Notes under the pieces: generated by a model
Database searches by the model: none
Told to the model about the DNA's origin: nothing
What the model saw: the letters and a program-made list of their open reading frames with translations, nothing else
Shown here: positions 63,046 to 64,000 of the stretch, one piece after another
Position numbering within the stretch: the stretch's first letter is position 1
Layout: each line of letters begins with the position of its first letter
Origin: Thermoanaerobaculia bacterium
GTDB lineage: Bacteria; Acidobacteriota; Thermoanaerobaculia; Gp7-AA8
DNA length: 64,000 nucleotides
Direction of reading: 5' to 3'
NCBI GenBank assembly: GCA_036385045.1
Contig: DASVLC010000022.1
Location: 4,034 to 68,033 of the forward strand
Program-made: the position numbers and the translations under genes

Positions 63046-64000
63046 AGTTCGCACTGCTCGTCTTCTCGAATTTCAAGCGGCACAAGCTCCGCACCGCGCT
63101 GACGATTCTCTCGATCGCCGTCGCTTTCATCCTGTTCGGATATCTGGCGGCGATCCGCACCGCCTTCGCCATGGGCGTCGACGTCGCTGGTGCCGATCGC
63201 CTCGTCGTCCGCCACAAGGTCTCGATCATCCAGCTCCTGCCGAAGAGTTACGAGAGCGACATCGAACGGATCGCAGGGGTACAGCAGGCGACATCCTCGA
63301 CGTGGTTCGGCGGCATCTACCAGGACGAACGGAACTTCTTCGCTCAGATCGCGGTGCAGCCCGACGAGTACCTCGACATGTTTCCCGAGTTCGTCGTTCC
63401 ACCCGATCAGCGTGAGGCGTGGCTGAAGACGAAGACCGGGGTCGTGATCGGCCGCGGCCTCGCTAACCGCTTCAACTTCAAGATCGGCGACAAGCTCCCG
63501 CTGCGCGGCACGATCTGGCGTCCCGCCGACGGCGACACCTGGACGTTCGACGTCGTCGGCATCTACGAGGGGGGAAAGCCCGAGACCGACACGTCACAGC
63601 TCTTCCTCCGTTACGACTACCTCGACGAAGCGCGGCCGTTCGCCAAAGGAATGGTCGGCTGGTATCACATGAAGATCGATGATCCCGATCGCGCTGCCGC
63701 GATCGCGCAACAGGTCGACGAGACGTTCGCCAACTCCCCCGCCGAAACGAAGACCGAGACCGAGGGGGCGTTCATGAAGGCTTTCGCCGACCAGGTGGGA
63801 GACATCGGAGCAATCGTGACCGCGATTCTCTCGGCGGTCTTCTTCACGATTCTTCTGGTCGCTGGTAACACGATGGCGCAGGCGGTGCGCGAACGCATCG
63901 GCGAGCTCGGCGTCCTCAAGGCGATCGGCTTTACAGACCTGCAGATGCTGGCACTCGTGCTTGCGGAATCGCTCATCATCGCCGTCATTGGTGGAAGCCT
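63042..64000 (+). CDS. ABC transporter permease, FtsX/MacB family (partial; continues past the window end)
   Basis: Absent from the ORF track (no stop in the window). The ATG overlaps the ATPase stop (ATGA). Reads [29 protein letters not shown]...GELGVLKAIGF. Confidence 0.85.
   Translation, partial: MKFALLVFSNFKRHKLRTALTILSIAVAFILFGYLAAIRTAFAMGVDVAGADRLVVRHKVSIIQLLPKSYESDIERIAGVQQATSSTWFGGIYQDERNFFAQIAVQPDEYLDMFPEFVVPPDQREAWLKTKTGVVIGRGLANRFNFKIGDKLPLRGTIWRPADGDTWTFDVVGIYEGGKPETDTSQLFLRYDYLDEARPFAKGMVGWYHMKIDDPDRAAAIAQQVDETFANSPAETKTETEGAFMKAFADQVGDIGAIVTAILSAVFFTILLVAGNTMAQAVRERIGELGVLKAIGFTDLQMLALVLAESLIIAVIGGS

Noticed and set aside
1-64000. Looked for prophage, integrase, transposase, toxin-antitoxin, restriction-modification or other defence-island genes, and for tRNA/rRNA genes.
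   Set aside because: I recognised none. Apart from the non-coding repeat families, the window is core-genome-like. The RHH pair is the only element with a possible mobile or addiction flavour, and it lacks a partner toxin or ParA.

Overview
High-GC bacterial chromosomal segment. The gene content and repeat types suggest an Acidobacteriota-like lineage, but I cannot confirm this without a database search. Coding is dense and mostly housekeeping. From 44.6 to 55.9 kb on the minus strand lies a conserved translation and RNA-processing cluster: rimP-nusA-infB-DUF503-rbfA-nrnA-truB-rpsO-pnp. Elsewhere there is a dnaK-hspR pair next to a cspA-type gene. There is also a three-subunit formate dehydrogenase, where the alpha subunit has an in-frame UGA (selenocysteine) and a SECIS-like hairpin, and fdhD lies nearby. 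Many secreted peptidases and cell-envelope enzymes are present (M13, M48, metzincin, S8, PBP4, a class-C-like serine hydrolase). Other genes include a nupC/punA nucleoside salvage pair and a MacAB-like efflux system that runs off the right edge. I found no rRNA, tRNA, CRISPR array, transposase or integrase. The most unusual content is non-coding: at least five families of structured intergenic repeats. The most striking are dispersed tandem arrays of a 10-bp unit (GGAACTCCGA), which flank large nested palindromes. Other points worth a second look: an orphan beta-ketoacyl synthase with a large insertion; a DUF2723 (GT-C-like) membrane protein directly upstream of a Ser/Thr/Pro-rich lipoprotein; two convergent, 3'-overlapping paralogous ribbon-helix-helix genes beside an AT-rich non-coding stretch that carries orphan terminators; a hairpin that sequesters the SD of cspA; a terminator in the rimP-nusA leader; and a PNPase with an RGG-repeat tail. 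All functional calls come from motif recognition by eye. No searches were run.
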